Source of the DNA: Camelus dromedarius
Taxonomy: Eukaryota
Direction: 5' to 3'
Assembly (NCBI RefSeq): GCF_036321535.1
Contig: NC_087437.1
Coordinates: 42,348,001-42,412,000, forward strand
Length of the DNA: 64,000 nucleotides
Positions 50,061 through 64,000 of the stretch are shown here, in pieces. The notes beneath the pieces were generated by a model that made no database searches, was not told the DNA's origin, and was given only the letters and a program-made list of their open reading frames with translations. The stretch's first letter is position 1. Each line of letters starts with the position of its first letter. A program made the translations under genes and the position numbers.

Positions 50061-53000
50061 TGTCCTCTAATTTACTAAAGGAAATATGTTTCTATGGGAA
50101 AAGTTTTTTAAGTGGCCGAAATAGCCAGAGATTAAAGAACACATTCCACTTCTGACATCCCCTACAGCCCTAACACACCCTTTACCTATTCATATTCCTA
50201 CACACCACTTCCCTGTACACACCTTTGCAGGTAAAACTTGTCTGTCTTGCCCATGTAGTGCATACTTTCCTCAAAGATACAGAAGGCTGAACTGCAGGGT
50301 TCCATCCATTAATGGAATTTCTCCTATGAGGCTAAATTCCAATTCTTCCTTCAGTGTCCATTTCAAATGTCCACTCCTCTGTGACACCCTGTCCAACTCA
50401 CTCCTCAGTCAGTCGTCACTCCTGCCTCAATGCTCTCTAGAACTTGGTTCAAGTTTCTATTTTGGTACTTGCTGTATTGACACTATGAGTTTCTAGATCT
50501 ATCTCCTTCACCTTTGTTCCCCTAGGTCTAGCCTTCTGCCTGGTACATAATGAGTGCTCAGTATAATTGCTGAATGTGCTAATAGTGCTGATTATGTGTT
50601 CTTTCATTGTTGCTTCTGAGGTCCCGCCTTCTGAAAAAGCAAGCAGCTTCCCCCTTATCATTTCCTACTTGGGCTCTTCATGAAAAGGAAACAGGAATTC
50701 AAGGCAAAAGCTAACACATTTTGCTGATTGGTCCTACTAATGATGCCTTATTTGAGAAGTAGGATGTACAGAGAAAATTCCTGTCCAGTTGTTATCACTA
50801 ACCCTCTTTATTGTGGAAGCTGTCCAGGAACTCTGAATCACTCATCATCGATCCCCTCAGCAATTATGGGAGTGTTTACTTTGTGCCAGGTACTTTTAGG
50901 AGCTGGGTACACAGCAGGGAAGCCGACAGATCTGCTCCCTCCCCTCACAGAGCTTCCAACCCAGCAAGGGAGAAGGATTACTTAAACATATCACCTACAA
51001 GTAATTAAAGAAATGATCACCAATAGCAGTGTGTTCTTTGGAGGGGGAAAAAAAAGGGTGGAGTGAGAGAGGAAAATAGGGGTGAGACAGAAATTGGACT
51101 GGGTGGTTTAAGTAAGAGCTCTCTAACCAGAGACCCAACGCCTTTGATGAACAGGCAAGAATCTTTTGTCTCAAGTAAGGCACCATAGCTACCAACAACT
51201 GCAGTGTTTGTTTCAAACTTTAATCGAGGAAAGACTTTCTGATGCAGCACATCAGGAACACAATAAGAAAAACAAACATTTCTTTAAGTCATTCTAAGAC
51301 AAAAAGTTACTAAAACCAAACAACAATAGAAAAACATTGTTTTCAATCAAATTATGTATTTGGTCACCAGAATTTAAATACTATTCTATTGGTTTGTAAC
51401 AGAGAATATTTTTAGTAAGTAGTTTAAAGCTTATTTCACCAAGTAGTACTTATTCTTGAAAAATCATATATTGGTTGTGTGTTTTCACAATCCTCTTAGC
51501 TTACTTAAAGTTACCATAATTAAAACAGTGAAATATATCTTAACAAGACTGAGACTAGTTCCACCCATGGCTCAGTTCTATAAAGATCTCCCTCAAACGT
51601 TCTATACCTTTCAGAAATGAAATAGAAATAACTCCCTGTATGTGTCATGCTCTCCCACCTCAGGGTTTTGCACCTGCTGTTTTCTCTTCCTGGAATGTCC
51701 TTCCTTCCCCATATATGTGATGTGTTTCTTCTCATCCTTTCAGGCTCAGCTCAGCCAGCACTTTCTCTGGGATCCTTTGCCTGAATTCCCCAGATGCACA
51801 GAGGCTTCCTCTGCTGGACTCCCATAGCACCCACCACGTACCATGACTGCAGCACTTGGTAGGTTTTGTTGAAGTTGTCTACTTGTTTTTTCCAAACTAG
51901 AATGTGAGCACCTCAAGGTCTCTGCAGTGTCTGTCGCCTTCTGGGTGATGGATAAATTGTTGAAAGTATATGGGTACTTTAGAGAATGGATAATGCATTA
52001 TTTTCCTCTATGAACAGAAAGAGTAAGAGGTGTAACAGAGCATAACATTACATATTAAGCACAATTTCAATAGTTATAAAAAGACCCTAAGTAAATCTGG
52101 CTCTCCCATATGCACTAAAACCATAGGAACCAATCTTAAGTGCAACAACTTAAAGGATCACAAGTGTATAGAACTAAAAAATGCTACCAGGCTAAACCTA
52201 AAATTGAAAAAAAAAAACAAAAAGGAAGGTGAGGGAGAGAATGGCAGAACCACTGCACCCAAATCAAAGTCTAACTTTTAAAGCAGTTTAAATTCAATGA
52301 TTTGCCCCCAAATATACTTTTATGGGAATCATGTTACTGTTTTTAAAGTGATTGAAAATCACCTCCAAACAGGTTCCTTCTGTAGTCATAACCAATAACA
52401 ATGTTCTTCTCTTCATCCAAGATATATTTTCATTTAAATTGAAGAATGGTGCCATCTGGATTGGCCATGTGAGGAAGTAAGACTGAGAAATTATTGGTTT
52501 GGGTCAGTAGGGGTTTCTGTGGCCACTAAGACCTGAATCAGGCACACTGTGTGTCCAGTGAAATACTGGCTCACTGTCCTTGACAGAAGTACAGCACATG
52601 CATTTAAATGGCACGCTGCTAACTAGAGGATTAATAGGCAGCAATCTGCAAGGAAGCAAGTTTAATACTCATCTGATGTGAACCTCACTGGGAAGCAGAC
52701 AGGAAAAGCTATTTAGCCTGTAGGAGTACAGGTTTTAAAATATGTTTCCACATTAGATGAACCAACCAACACAAATTTAAAGTGATTTTGGGGAAGGGGA
52801 GTTTCTTTACTTTTTCTTTCCCTTTTAAAAAATATTTTAAACATATTATTTACTTCTTTAATATACTAGGTAGTTACATATTTATAACTATCACATATAT
52901 TTATATATAAATGTATTTAGTAGCTCAGTAATATCCATCAGTAACCTCCCTCTCAGGTTTTTAAATCACAAGTTATAAAGGATATTTTCACTGTTTTCTG

Positions 53001-54019
53001 TTATAAGTGATAGCTCAGTAGCAACACTGCCAAAATCAAAACATTATTTTTGGCAGACATCCTTGAAATCATTCCAACGAACAGGCTACAGGTTGAGATG
53101 CAGGAATGTAAAAGCCACCGTTGCCTGGGAGTATGTTTTGTGGCTTATTCACTGAGGGGTCCACCGGGATGCAGAGCTGATAGGCTCAACTCCATCCTCA
53201 GAGTCCCCATTTCTTAGGGGAATTCAACACAGTCGATCACTCCCAACTGGTGGAGCTCTTCATTGGTTTTTGGTTTCTTTGACATTTGTTTCCCCCCTTT
53301 ATTCTCTGACTGCTCTGTCTCCTTTGCTGGCTCTGCCTTTTCTCCCCAACACTAAAACTCCTCTCTTCTCATTCAACACTGTTTCCTCAGGGGATTTCAT
53401 GTCTTTAGGGGATTTCAAAGACTAATGGCTGGCCAACAAATTTCTCCATATTTCTTGTATTTTCCTTTATATAATTATTTGCCACACACTTTTGGCATGG
53501 GATTATAGCTCCAGGAAGGCCAAGTCCTGTTTGTTTGTGAGTAGCTATAACCCCAGTGCCCAGCACTTAATGATTATTCAATTAAACAATGACAGAGGCC
53601 GTGGTGAGTTTCTTTTATTATTGGTGGTCAGCTGAAGACACCTGCCTTTAATAACTTCAGAGATCAAAGTCACCTTTTCCATAGTCATAAGCCAGATCTC
53701 TGGGCCCAACACATGGCAATCACTTGAACAAATCCAAAGCCCTTTGTTCAGGAAAGTGTCAATCCTACTTGCAACTGCTTCTTTACTACCTTCATGTTGT
53801 GGCAGACAGTGCACCATCAGGACAGAATTCAAGTAAAGTACTTTAATTTATGCAACAAAATGTCATGTCACCAACTGTACCTTAGGTACCTAAAGTCTAA
53901 GGAACTCTTTTCAGGTGATGCATATTATTCTAAAATGAATTGATACCTTGGCAGAGTCTGATGAAGATCTCTGATATAAGACAATGATAGTCTAAAAGAC
54001 ATGCAATTTCTTCAGCTTT

Positions 54020-55480
54020 TAATGCACTAACTTCAAAGCCAGACTGCTTGAATTCAAGTCCCAGCTCTGAGTGTGTGATCTGGGCAAGTTACTTAGGCCC
54101 ACTGTGCCTCAAATTCTTCATTTATAATATAGAAATAATAGTGCTTACCTCACTGGATTGTTACAAAGACTGAGTTAATATATATGTAGAATGGTCAGAC
54201 AGTATGAGTTAGCTATGATGATGATGACGATTCATATATCCACTAGACCAACAGCAAACTAAGCCCATGGACTCCAAAATTTTAACTACAGGAAGAGGTT
54301 TTTAATTCTTGCTATATACCAAGCACTGTGCTAAGACTTTTTATACACACAATCACATTTAATTAATGTAACAAGCCCTGAGGGAGGCACTGTTGTTATC
54401 CTACTTTTATAGATAAGGAAACTAAAGCTTAAAGAGTTTCAGTAACTTGCCCAATTAGTCTCACAAGTACTAAGTGCCAAAGCCAGGATTGAAACCCAGT
54501 AGCCATGGCCAATAGCAGTCCAGGTGAAGAAGATCTACACCTGTATAGAAGTCCACAAACCTGTGAGCAGTAGCAGATTGACAAGAATAATGGTGAAAAT
54601 AAAAAATAAAAAAAACAGCATATTACTTTTGGAATATACTGTAGATAATTGCCAAAAATCAGATTTGGACCAAATATATTTCTTATGTGACAGGTACCGT
54701 TCCAAGTGTTTTACATACTAACTAATGTGTGATGATGACGACAAACAATAAAGCTTTGTACACATTATCACATGCAATCTTCACAGAAACTTCATGGGCT
54801 AAGGATCATGACCACTTACTAGATCAGGAAACAAACTCATAGGTTAAATGCAGTCTTCAAGGTCACACAGCTAGTAGAGCTCAAGCCTGGATCTGAGCAC
54901 AGGTCTATGCTCTTAAACACTATGAAAACAGACCCTTAAATTTGGTAAATATACCATCAGTGTCATGAAGTTCAAAATAAAGATCTACAATTAAATACGG
55001 GGCTCACTAAATATTCTCTCTTTAAGATTCAAAATACATGTTAGTACGCTAGGAATTCTGAAATGTTTCACAGTTAAAAAAGGAAATCCTGATTAACTCT
55101 GTTTAACTCAGCATTTCCCAATCTTATTTAACCATGGAACCCTTTTCAACATGAAACATATACTACAACTCTCCAGGACTAAAATTTGTAAACAGTATAT
55201 AACACGCTCCTTCCTGCGTGATGGTTTCTTAACGTGGATTACCTGACAGCACAAAAGATTTCAGAATGGAGGGGTTGGAGTGAGAAGAGGAGGAGAGGAG
55301 ACTGAACAATCATAAAACGAGGCTGTGGAATACTGTTGAAAGGGCTGTGGAGTCCAGCAGACCTGGTTCACAGCCAGCCTTCCAGACCTTCCTGTGTCTG
55401 TGAACCAGTTACTCAACCTTGCTGGGCTTCTAGTTCCTTTTTCATTAAATGAGAACATTATCTACTATTTCACAAGATGG
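54020..55480. mobile_element. Cluster of four MIRs (+ 54020-54215; - 54300-54510; - 54680-54925; + 55320-55480)
   Basis: MIR core motifs gggcaagttactta..ctgtgcctca and gataaggaaactaaagct..agtaacttgccca. Confidence 0.7.
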
Positions 55481-55519
55481 CTGTGTTTATTATTCAGTAA
55501 ATGGATCCATTATTATACA

Positions 55520-56240
55520 GGTATCTGCCAGTAATCTTATTCTATTAAAAGCAGATCATCTTTTAAAATCAGAATTGGTTTTTCTTGCTAAGAAAATCAA
55601 GGAAGTCGGGATTATTGCTGCTCTGGACTTGCTTTTCTCTAACAGGGAAGAACTATGCCATGAAATGGAAGTGATTGAAACTTTGGGACAGAGTGATCCT
55701 ACCTTAGAACTGATGCATAAACTAGGAATAGTGAAATGATTATGTTGCATTTTAGAAAAGTAGACTTCAGAATGGTCAAAGAAAATATAATTTGAGTCCC
55801 TGGGCAGGGACAATATTAGGGAATGGCAGCACAAATGTCAGCCAAATTAATTTCTCATGGGATATTCATCAGTTATCCATTCAGGAGGAAAAGGGAAAGG
55901 TAGAATGATACCATATAAACATGGGAATTCACCAGTGATCTTTTAAGGAGATGGCCTGTAATTATAACTATTTACCTAGAAACAGAAACATGATTCTTTA
56001 CAAACACAAAAACAAGAACAAAGTTTTAAAAATATTATGAGGAAGTTAGAAACCCAGAAAACAGCAAGGCTTGCAAAAAAAAGTTGCAAAGGACAACAAA
56101 AAGCCATTTTTGGAAAATTCAGAAAAGAAGCACATGAAAGCATTAGGTCTGCCCTCTAGGGCAAATGGAGTAACACGGAGGACTGAAAGAAAGCGAAACC
56201 ATGAATTCCTATTTTCTCTATCACGAATGATCTTCAAGCC
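55520..56240 (+). mobile_element. Ancient CR1/L3 LINE ORF2 fragment (end of endonuclease domain)
   Basis: Peptide ALDLLFSNREELCHEMEVIETLGQSD resembles the CR1 motif LDL.LTNRE.LV..V.V.G.LG.SDH. Downstream DF..(ttc aga)...PW and KDNKKPF-like remnants are present. Confidence 0.7.
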
Positions 56241-57929
56241 CTCCCTCTAAAAAATCCTCCAAAACAAAAATCCTAAAATATTAAGAGGGAAATTGTGTCT
56301 ATAATAGGTGAAAAAGCTTATGATTTGGTGGGAAGCTTGTACATAAAGAAATATCAACATAAGGAAAGAAACAAGGGCCATAAAAGAAAAACAAAGTGCT
56401 AGTAGAGTGTAAAGGAGAGAGAAATTAAGGTTGAGGAAAAGGGAGACGTTTCCAAAAGAAATGATTTTTGAGTAGGTGTTGAAAGATGTGTGGGATGTTG
56501 GCTAAAGTGAGAAGGCTGGAGGGCATGTGAGGCAGAGGAGACAATAGAAGAAAAGGTGTCAGGATTGTCGTGGGAACACTGTGAGGCTAGATTCAGCAGA
56601 GTAGTACCAGGTTGTAGCAGGCCCTAAGTGCTGGCTAAGGAACTTAGTACTTTTACTCTGCCACTATCCTAGGGAACAGAAATTCGGTCTCGGGGTGATG
56701 GTGGGGTGGGGGACGGTGTTCACTGGAGGGTTAACAGTCAAATTTGAGCAGAACAGGGAGCACAGAGATCATTCTACAACTTTGAGTTGATTCTCCTGAT
56801 CAATGCAAGTCAAATAAATGTACGCTAAGCATATATCCAGATTTATCTGGACATTGTTCTGGTTTAAAAGGGTTGTCCTGGCATGATTATTAATAGCAGC
56901 CCATATCACTCTCAAAAATGTCATGGTTTGGCTAATAAATTATATGGCTACCTAGGTCTATGTAACCTGGGGACTATCTCTCTGTGCTTAATAGAAATAA
57001 CAATAAAAAAAAACATGTATTCAAGTAGTTACAAACTATAGAGAGGAGACCTTCCCAATAGGTAGGTCGCTATTGGGTTACAGATGGGCTGTAGGATATT
57101 GATAGTTAGGTGTTTTATAGAGGTAAGAACTTAAAACCATTTTTTATAACTATTCAAAATTTATCAGATTTGGCATTCTATTTGAGAACCATTTATATAA
57201 TTCTCTTTATAAATCTTGTGAATTCGATCACTCAAGCCCTTAGATTCCCCGCTGGTATTTCTTCTAGTTTCCCCTGGCAAACTTTACAAATGTCATCAAG
57301 CCTCTGACATGAAAAAAGATTGGGAAACACTAGTGGAGATTAATTTAACAGTGAGAGCTCAAAAGTCAGGATACAGTGTATTCGGGACAAAGTTATCATG
57401 AGCACTCTGACATGCACGGCCACAGCCATGAGGGGCCTGTCAGAGAGACAGCACCAGGGACAAAAAGGGGCAACTCCGTCATGGAGGACTTTGTTTTCAT
57501 GTCACCCTGGCCTGGCAGTGAGAACACGAAACTAAGTTCAGAAATTTTTATTCTAGTCTCTGTTTTACCAGTATAACTAATCATGTGATCTTGGGGATAT
57601 CATTGACCCTTTCTGAACCTGTTTCCTCACTTGACAAATGGAAAAAAACTAATGCCAGCCAGTCATTTATTGCAAAAATAAAATGAGATGAGGTAACTAA
57701 AACCCTTTGTAAAACCTAGAGTGCAATATAACTGTAAGGTATAATAAAAAAAAAAATTGTTCCTTAGGGTCTCATTTCTCTTAGGGCTAGCCTGTTGTTC
57801 TTCTCCCTGGTGACCCCCTGGGCTTTCCCTGGTAGGATCCCCCAATCCTCCCCTCCCTCCATACACATTCATTCCCACTACTCCCACACCATCAGGTTCA
57901 CTGACCTTTCCCAAATCCTTATCTGAAGC

Positions 57930-59135
57930 TCAGCTGTCTGTCTCTCTCTCTCCCAAGCCCTAGTCTTGTATGTGCAAACTATTTACGAACAGCTATCCTT
58001 AAACCACTCCCACGGACACTTTAAAGCAAGGTCCCAAACCCTGTTACCTCCACCCCCAGATCTGCTCCTTTTCCTAATTAGGGTCATCATCACCAGCAAC
58101 CCAGTTACTCCAGGGTCTGTCCTAGGAGTCATCTTTGACTCCTTCACTCCATATTATCCCCTCCATCAGCAGCTCTGTCAGCTTGACTCTAAACCTGTCC
58201 ATTTTATTACTTCATATCTCACCTCTCACCTGGATAATTGCTTCCCAGGTGGTCTCTGGCCCTGATTTGCATTCTTACACTCTAGTCTCTACACTGCCAC
58301 TGAGAAAGACTATACTCAGACACAGGTCTGACCACGTGATTTCCCTGCTAAAAATCTTTCAGTGGCTCCTTTCTTGGCCCATTGGGCCCTTCATTATTTG
58401 GCCTGTGCTTCCTTCCTACCTCATCTCTCTGACTTCTGAGCTTTATGCTCCAGCCACTTTGAACCACTTTAGTGCCTTTGCTTGTACCATCCTCTCCCAT
58501 TGGAACATCCCCTTTGGCTGGAATGCCTTTTACACCCTCCTTTCTCGTCCTCTTCTCCCCCCACCTCTTTCACTCAACTAGCTCTTATGGAAAGTCAGCC
58601 ACGCACAGCGGTGAAGCTCTTGAGCTCACAGTAAGGCTGGAGTAGTAGTGTGACTCCACCTCCACAATAAACTTTGCTATTGTGAGCAATTTACTTTTCT
58701 TCGGATTTCAGTTTCCTCCTTTGTAAGATAAGGAAAAGAAATACACCCACCTCATAGAATTATAGCATGGACTGAATGAATTGCATGAAAAGCACATAGC
58801 ACCATCTCTGGCACAGAGTAAATGCTCAGTATATGCTTAATAGATTTTTTTTTAACTGTAAACAGTCAAGCTTGATAATTCAGAGTAGATGTCAATGTGA
58901 AAGGAAAACAGTTCCTAATGCCCAGGTCTAGATGATGTCCTTTTTAAGCCTCCTATAGCAACCCATATATGCCTCTATCACAACCTTTCTATCATTCAAG
59001 TGCACACTCTGTAACTGCAGTAGGTTTATCTCCCTTCACTAGACTATAAACTCTTCAAGATTAGGTTTATGTCTTATCCTGTTTCACCAGCTCCCAGCAC
59101 TGGTGTTCAGTTAATAGTCATTGAATTAATGATGA
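57930..59135 (+). mobile_element. L2 3' region with a nested MIR (~58590-58840)
   Basis: cctaggagtcatctttgactcc..tctgaccacgtgatttccctgctaaaaatctttcagtggctcc..ctagactataaactc. Confidence 0.65.
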
Positions 59136-61652
59136 TTTCCAAATGGTAGAATTTTAATTTTATTTTGGAAACACTGAAAGATAGATTGTTAAAATTTCAT
59201 AGTATGACACATCTTTGATTAGGTAGAGAATATAGCTAGGTTTGCCACTTGGAAATTTAATTACATTTTAATTCTTTATAAACATAAATGAAGGAGAAAA
59301 GAAGTGGTAGATAGTTCCCATGTAGCTTTATTTGGCAGTAGAAGTAAAGATATGCTCACAAATTTAAAAGATGTAAGTGCGTATTAATAGAATGTTTAAG
59401 AATGATTATTATACTTTCACACCTCCCAGAAATGTTTTCACATCAAGCACAAAGCCACATGTTAGAAATAGGATGTCCCATTAAAATAAAGTAATAGTGA
59501 TGGCATTTCTGCATTCAGGGCCATATTTGTTGAGTTATAGGAAAAGTAAAAAGGAGAACTATAAATTAGGCATTGTCTTACACACTTGTAGCTAGATCAG
59601 TCTGACCTTAATGTTTGATTGGATCCACTGGGAGGTACTATCTACAGAAACCAACTCATATTGCTCCCCTGTCAGAACTAATACTGATAAAATACTGTTC
59701 TCTGAAGCTAGTCTTAAAGCCATTTGGCTGCCAGGTGTTTAAAGAAAATCTCATTAAATCAGGTAAAAATTATTATGCTTGGCAAAATCTCTAATTTACA
59801 TGAGGAAATATATATCAACGCATATCTAGAAGGCAGTAGACAAACTTATTATTTACTAATGTGTTGAAGTTAAATTTACCTGACAGTAGTAAACATTCCA
59901 GTTCACGAATCGTTATGAAAAAGGTTAGCAAGTTGGAGTTCTGCATAGTGTCCAGCTGAGCTGTCACTTAAACCACATCAACACAGCCCAAAGGCACATC
60001 ATGCACAGAGAATTCAGATGAGATCACGTTAGATTTCACATCACTTTGTAGGATGAAAAACCTAGCTCCACTAGTCCAAAAGCACTATTTATAAGGAATA
60101 GGGGGAACATTCAGCAAAAATACCAGTTTCAGTAACCTCTCTTTCACATTACGTTGTTGAAAAGATACATAGGACAAGAACTAGTAAGTTAGGAAATGTT
60201 CCAGATAAGACAAAAGCCATGCTCTGGCTCTGAATTCCTTTGAGATACCATTATTACCACTAGTCATCATCTTTATCACCCATCTGAACTGTGCGTAACC
60301 ACTCCCTCGTATGAGCTCCTGTAAATGCACCTTTTCTGTAAAACCTGTCAGCTCCTGCCTTTTTAACAGCTGTATATTAACATGGCTTCTCCATTCTACT
60401 AGGTTGCAGTTTCTTGTAGCTCAGACTCACATAGTAAGCTTTCAATCTGTGTTACATCTAACTGACTGAGCCTGAAGCCTGCCACTGTGACAGCTGTCAA
60501 AGGATACAGGATGCCTTTTTTAAGGAAATCTATTTTCTTCATAGAACAATATTAAAATATTAATCACATTGACATGCATATACACATCAATTCTACTTTA
60601 GAAGTAGAAAACCTACTGCCAAAAAAGGTTTTTAAATAATTTCTTAATAATTCCATGTTCATTGCAGAAAAACTAAACTACACAGATAGGAAAACTGAAG
60701 ATACAATCTTATGGCCCAGAAAAAAAAAATCACTATATTTTAAATTATATTATTTTGCTTTTTCTATACATACACATATAGATATACATAGCTATTATGT
60801 TTTGATATATAGATATTTTAAATGGGACAACAGCATATATGCTGTTTTGTAGCATTTTTCCACTCAATGCACAGTACAAATCATTTGTAGACTATTAAAC
60901 ATTATTTTTACAACCTAAATTTTTGACTGCATTTTCCAAAATATAAGTTTACAATAATTTACGTAACCTCTTACTGTTCTTAAGTTTTCATTCTTTTAAA
61001 TAATGCTGCAAAAAAAGAAAGAAAGGTTGGTGGAAGTTCCTTCATATTTCTCATAGATGGTAGTGCTTTTGGACTAGTTAAAAAAGATTTTTGAACCTGT
61101 GAAATGTTTCCATCTCTATAGCTACAGCTTTATCTATATCCATGATCACCTAAAATAAATCCATCCAGAGGGATTGCTGGGTCAAAGAATAAATATGCTT
61201 CTACAGCTTCCGATGTCAAACTGTCTTCAAAAAAGTTGTGATAATTGACATTTTCTTCAGCAGTGTACACTTCTCAGTATCTCCACCCATACTGGGATTA
61301 CCTTTTTTAAAAAGATCTTGGTTTGCATAGCATTTTGAAATGTCTTCAGAACTTGCCCCAGACTCCCTCCTTTTGTTCCTCTAGTCTCCTGCTGCCGAAT
61401 CTACATCTGAACCACTCTCCACTGCACTTCCCAGACCTACTTTTGTTTGTGCTTTTCTACTTAAGTCTCATGTTGGCTTTGCTGTAACACTGAAAGTTGC
61501 TTAGGTAGTATTTTATCCCCTTAGGCTCTTAGAACTAAAGTATCAACTGACTAATCTGGTAAACTAATCCATTCTAATGTAAAGGGGCTCATTTCTAGCA
61601 ACAAGTATGCAATATAACGAGCAGTTTAAGGAAAATACATTCTCTACATCAG

Positions 61653-61832
61653 CAGTGTGTTCTCAAATTTGGCTGCACATTGATATCATGTTGGGAGCTT
61701 TTAAAAATACTACTGCCTGGGACTCACCTCCTAGACATTCTGAATAAATTTGGCATATGGTATGACATGGGCATCAGGACTTTTGAAGGCTCCCTAGGTG
61801 GCTCTAATGTGGCATCTGTGTTTGAGATGACT
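61653..61832. mobile_element. MER5-like MITE
   Basis: ttctcaaatttggctgcacattgatatc..gggagcttttaaaaatactactgcctggg..ctccctaggtggctctaatgtg..tttgaga. Confidence 0.7.
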
Positions 61833-64000
61833 TGAGGAAGATCCTGAGTAGCTTCTTCTTAGGTAATATTGGAGGACCTCAAGGAAGAAAAGTACAATGA
61901 ACATAATCTCAGTTATCTGACTCATCTGCACAAGATAAAGGAGATAAGAAGGGGCAGCAAGAAGTGAAGCATTTGCCATTGACAACAGAATAAAAGTAGC
62001 ATTCATATTTCTTGATGCTAGGCAGGTGTCTGCTGTGTTAGGAAGGAGGCCGAGCTTCACCTTTGAAGAAGCTTCCAGTTCCTTCTATAACTGACCCAAT
62101 CAACTCAAACTAAAATAATCTGGGTAACAAACTTTTTGCTATGCGATTCAGTGGTAATTCTCTAGGTACCAATGAGATAAAAGCAACTTCCAATTTACAT
62201 TTCTTTTATCATTTCAACAAAATTGAGCAACACCACAGATTCTCCCCACAATCCACAGTGGCCCTTTGGGACAACTCTTAGGAGAATAACTACAACCAGT
62301 TCCAGCCATTTAAATACATTACCAAACCTCACAGCAACCTTAATGGTAGCCACTAGCCCTGTTTTATCAGGAAAACTGAGAATCAGAGGTTAGTAAATGG
62401 TGTGGCTGAGGTGGCATTCAGGGAAGCATGACTCTAACAGTTATGCTCTATTTACTAACTTGTGTCAAGCCACATTGACTTTTCCCCAGGACAATCTGAA
62501 GTGACATTAATAAACTGCTTTCCTGGATAGAATATGCTTCCTTGTGGTCTGAATGATCTTTCTGATATTTTACAATTCAGAAGACAAGTGATGAGAGCCA
62601 CTTCTGTACAAACCTACTCCTAAGTCACAGTGGTAAGCGAGGACACTCTGTTATCTTCCCCATCTCTGTGACCTGGCGTTACACATGTTATCATTCCCAA
62701 ACACCAGCTGAGGGCACATTCTGCAGAGGTCCATAGGGCCCAAATGCCTTAATGGATTGGGGCCTCACTGGGGAAGAAAGGCTTTTTTCCAGGCCTGGCT
62801 TTTCCTAGATTATTTGATAGAGAAGATTTCCTTGGTGACCAGAAAAGTAAGAATAATCTCTGTGACCAATATAGTAGTTTGATTCTTTTTTTCTGTTTTT
62901 CTTATTCTTATTATTAGTCACTACTCTTTTTATTGTAGAAGGCCATTTAAGCCATCCAGGTTAATACCACTGTATCCCAGAATCTTTAAAGGGTGTTACT
63001 CCCCAGTTACATCATTTCTAGAGGAAGGGAGAGACTGTAGGGCCTCCTACATGAAGACTGTCTTTCTTGGAACCAATACTAGAGAAGGGGATGGTCATTC
63101 TTCGCCCATGTCAACATTATAGTAAGCAGAAGGGAAGGAAGAGGCTCTATAGCTAAAAGACAACAGGGGACTTGGGGGTGGAGAAAGTGGCTGGACTCAA
63201 GAAAAGCAAGTCCTCCTACGAATGTGGTATAGTATAGTACCCTACACAAGGGGCTTTTTGATAGGACACAGCCTCAGAGACTACACACAATTAGAAAGGA
63301 CAGGGAAAAGGAAATTTACCCTCTGGGAAAATTATGAGTTTTTTTTTTTCTCTCTCTTTAGTTGTCATTTCTGAAAGAAGTTTACAAAAATAACCTGAGA
63401 TTAAAGCCCATGGTTGGGGAAAGGGAGGAGACTTAGTTTGCTAGGTGGGTTAGGAATTAGGTAGAGCAGGCTGTAGTCCAGGACTCAACCTTGACTACAG
63501 ACTGTAGTTTAGATTTTTAGATTGTCTGGCACTAAAAATAATGCCTCTTACATAGAATAAACCAGAGAGTTACATTTTCCTGTCTGTGAGGTTAAAAAGA
63601 TACAAGACCATGATACAGTAGAGAGAAATGTTACCCTGCCAGTGTAAGCGAAGATATCCTGGTTCAGGCAAAGGTTATCTCCTCCACAAAGACATAAACT
63701 AGATGCTGCAGGGCAGGCAGAAAACAAATGCATCATGCAAATACCGGCTGCCACCACCTCCCTGGCCTCTTCTCCAGATAGCTAGGCCCCTTGGCCTCCT
63801 TTCTTGGACTGAGTTGCTGAGTACCACACGTCAGCTGTGAGACTGGTGCTGTTCCCCAAGTGCTTGGATGAGCCCTGCCTGCTGCCCCTGCGAATGGACA
63901 GTACCACTGCCGCTGGGGACCGTGGGAGATCACCCGTGTCCCTGTCTGCTTTTAAGGTGGCTGCATTGTCAGGAACCAGAACCTGTTTTTCCCAGGAGCC

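Larger units (their letters stand above)
26902..64000 (-). other. NCEH1: NCEH1 intron 1 (partial, >37 kb)
   Basis: No exon-1-like sequence (hydrophobic N-terminal anchor) and no CpG island up to the window end. Confidence 0.8.

Noticed and set aside
54020..54510. Inverted MIR pair as a dsRNA hairpin
   Set aside because: The copies look too diverged for extended pairing.
63700..64000. NCEH1 exon 1 or promoter
   Set aside because: Only mildly GC-rich, not a CpG island, and encodes no NCEH1 N-terminus.
1..64000. CRISPR array, prokaryotic operon or other novel multi-gene system
   Set aside because: No repeat-spacer array or dense coding. The remaining short ORFs fall in repeats, introns or UTR and have no recognisable homology.

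Overview
Mammalian genomic DNA, most likely camelid. That call rests on three tRNA-Ala-like vic-1-type SINEs and the style of the L1 3' ends, and is an inference. The window holds the 3' part of NCEH1 (AADACL1/KIAA1363, neutral cholesterol ester hydrolase 1) on the minus strand. Exons 2-5 (229, 70, 172 and 618 coding nt, all GT-AG) splice in frame to 362 aa plus stop, followed by a ~3 kb 3'UTR with AATAAA at 9893-9898. Exon 1 lies beyond position 64000. The rest is intronic or intergenic and rich in L1, L2, CR1, MIR, LTR and hAT/Tigger relics. The most notable unexplained-looking element is a near full-length, decayed NAP1L5-like retrocopy (~38590-40102) lying antisense in NCEH1 intron 1. Also notable are a twin-primed 5'-inverted L1 with TSDs, a SINE carrying an apparent 3' transduction, a possible in-frame alternative donor at exon 2, and strong CTCF-like motifs 3' of the gene. 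I see no evidence of a novel multi-gene system. Repeat family names and comparisons to human sequences come from recall, not from a database search.
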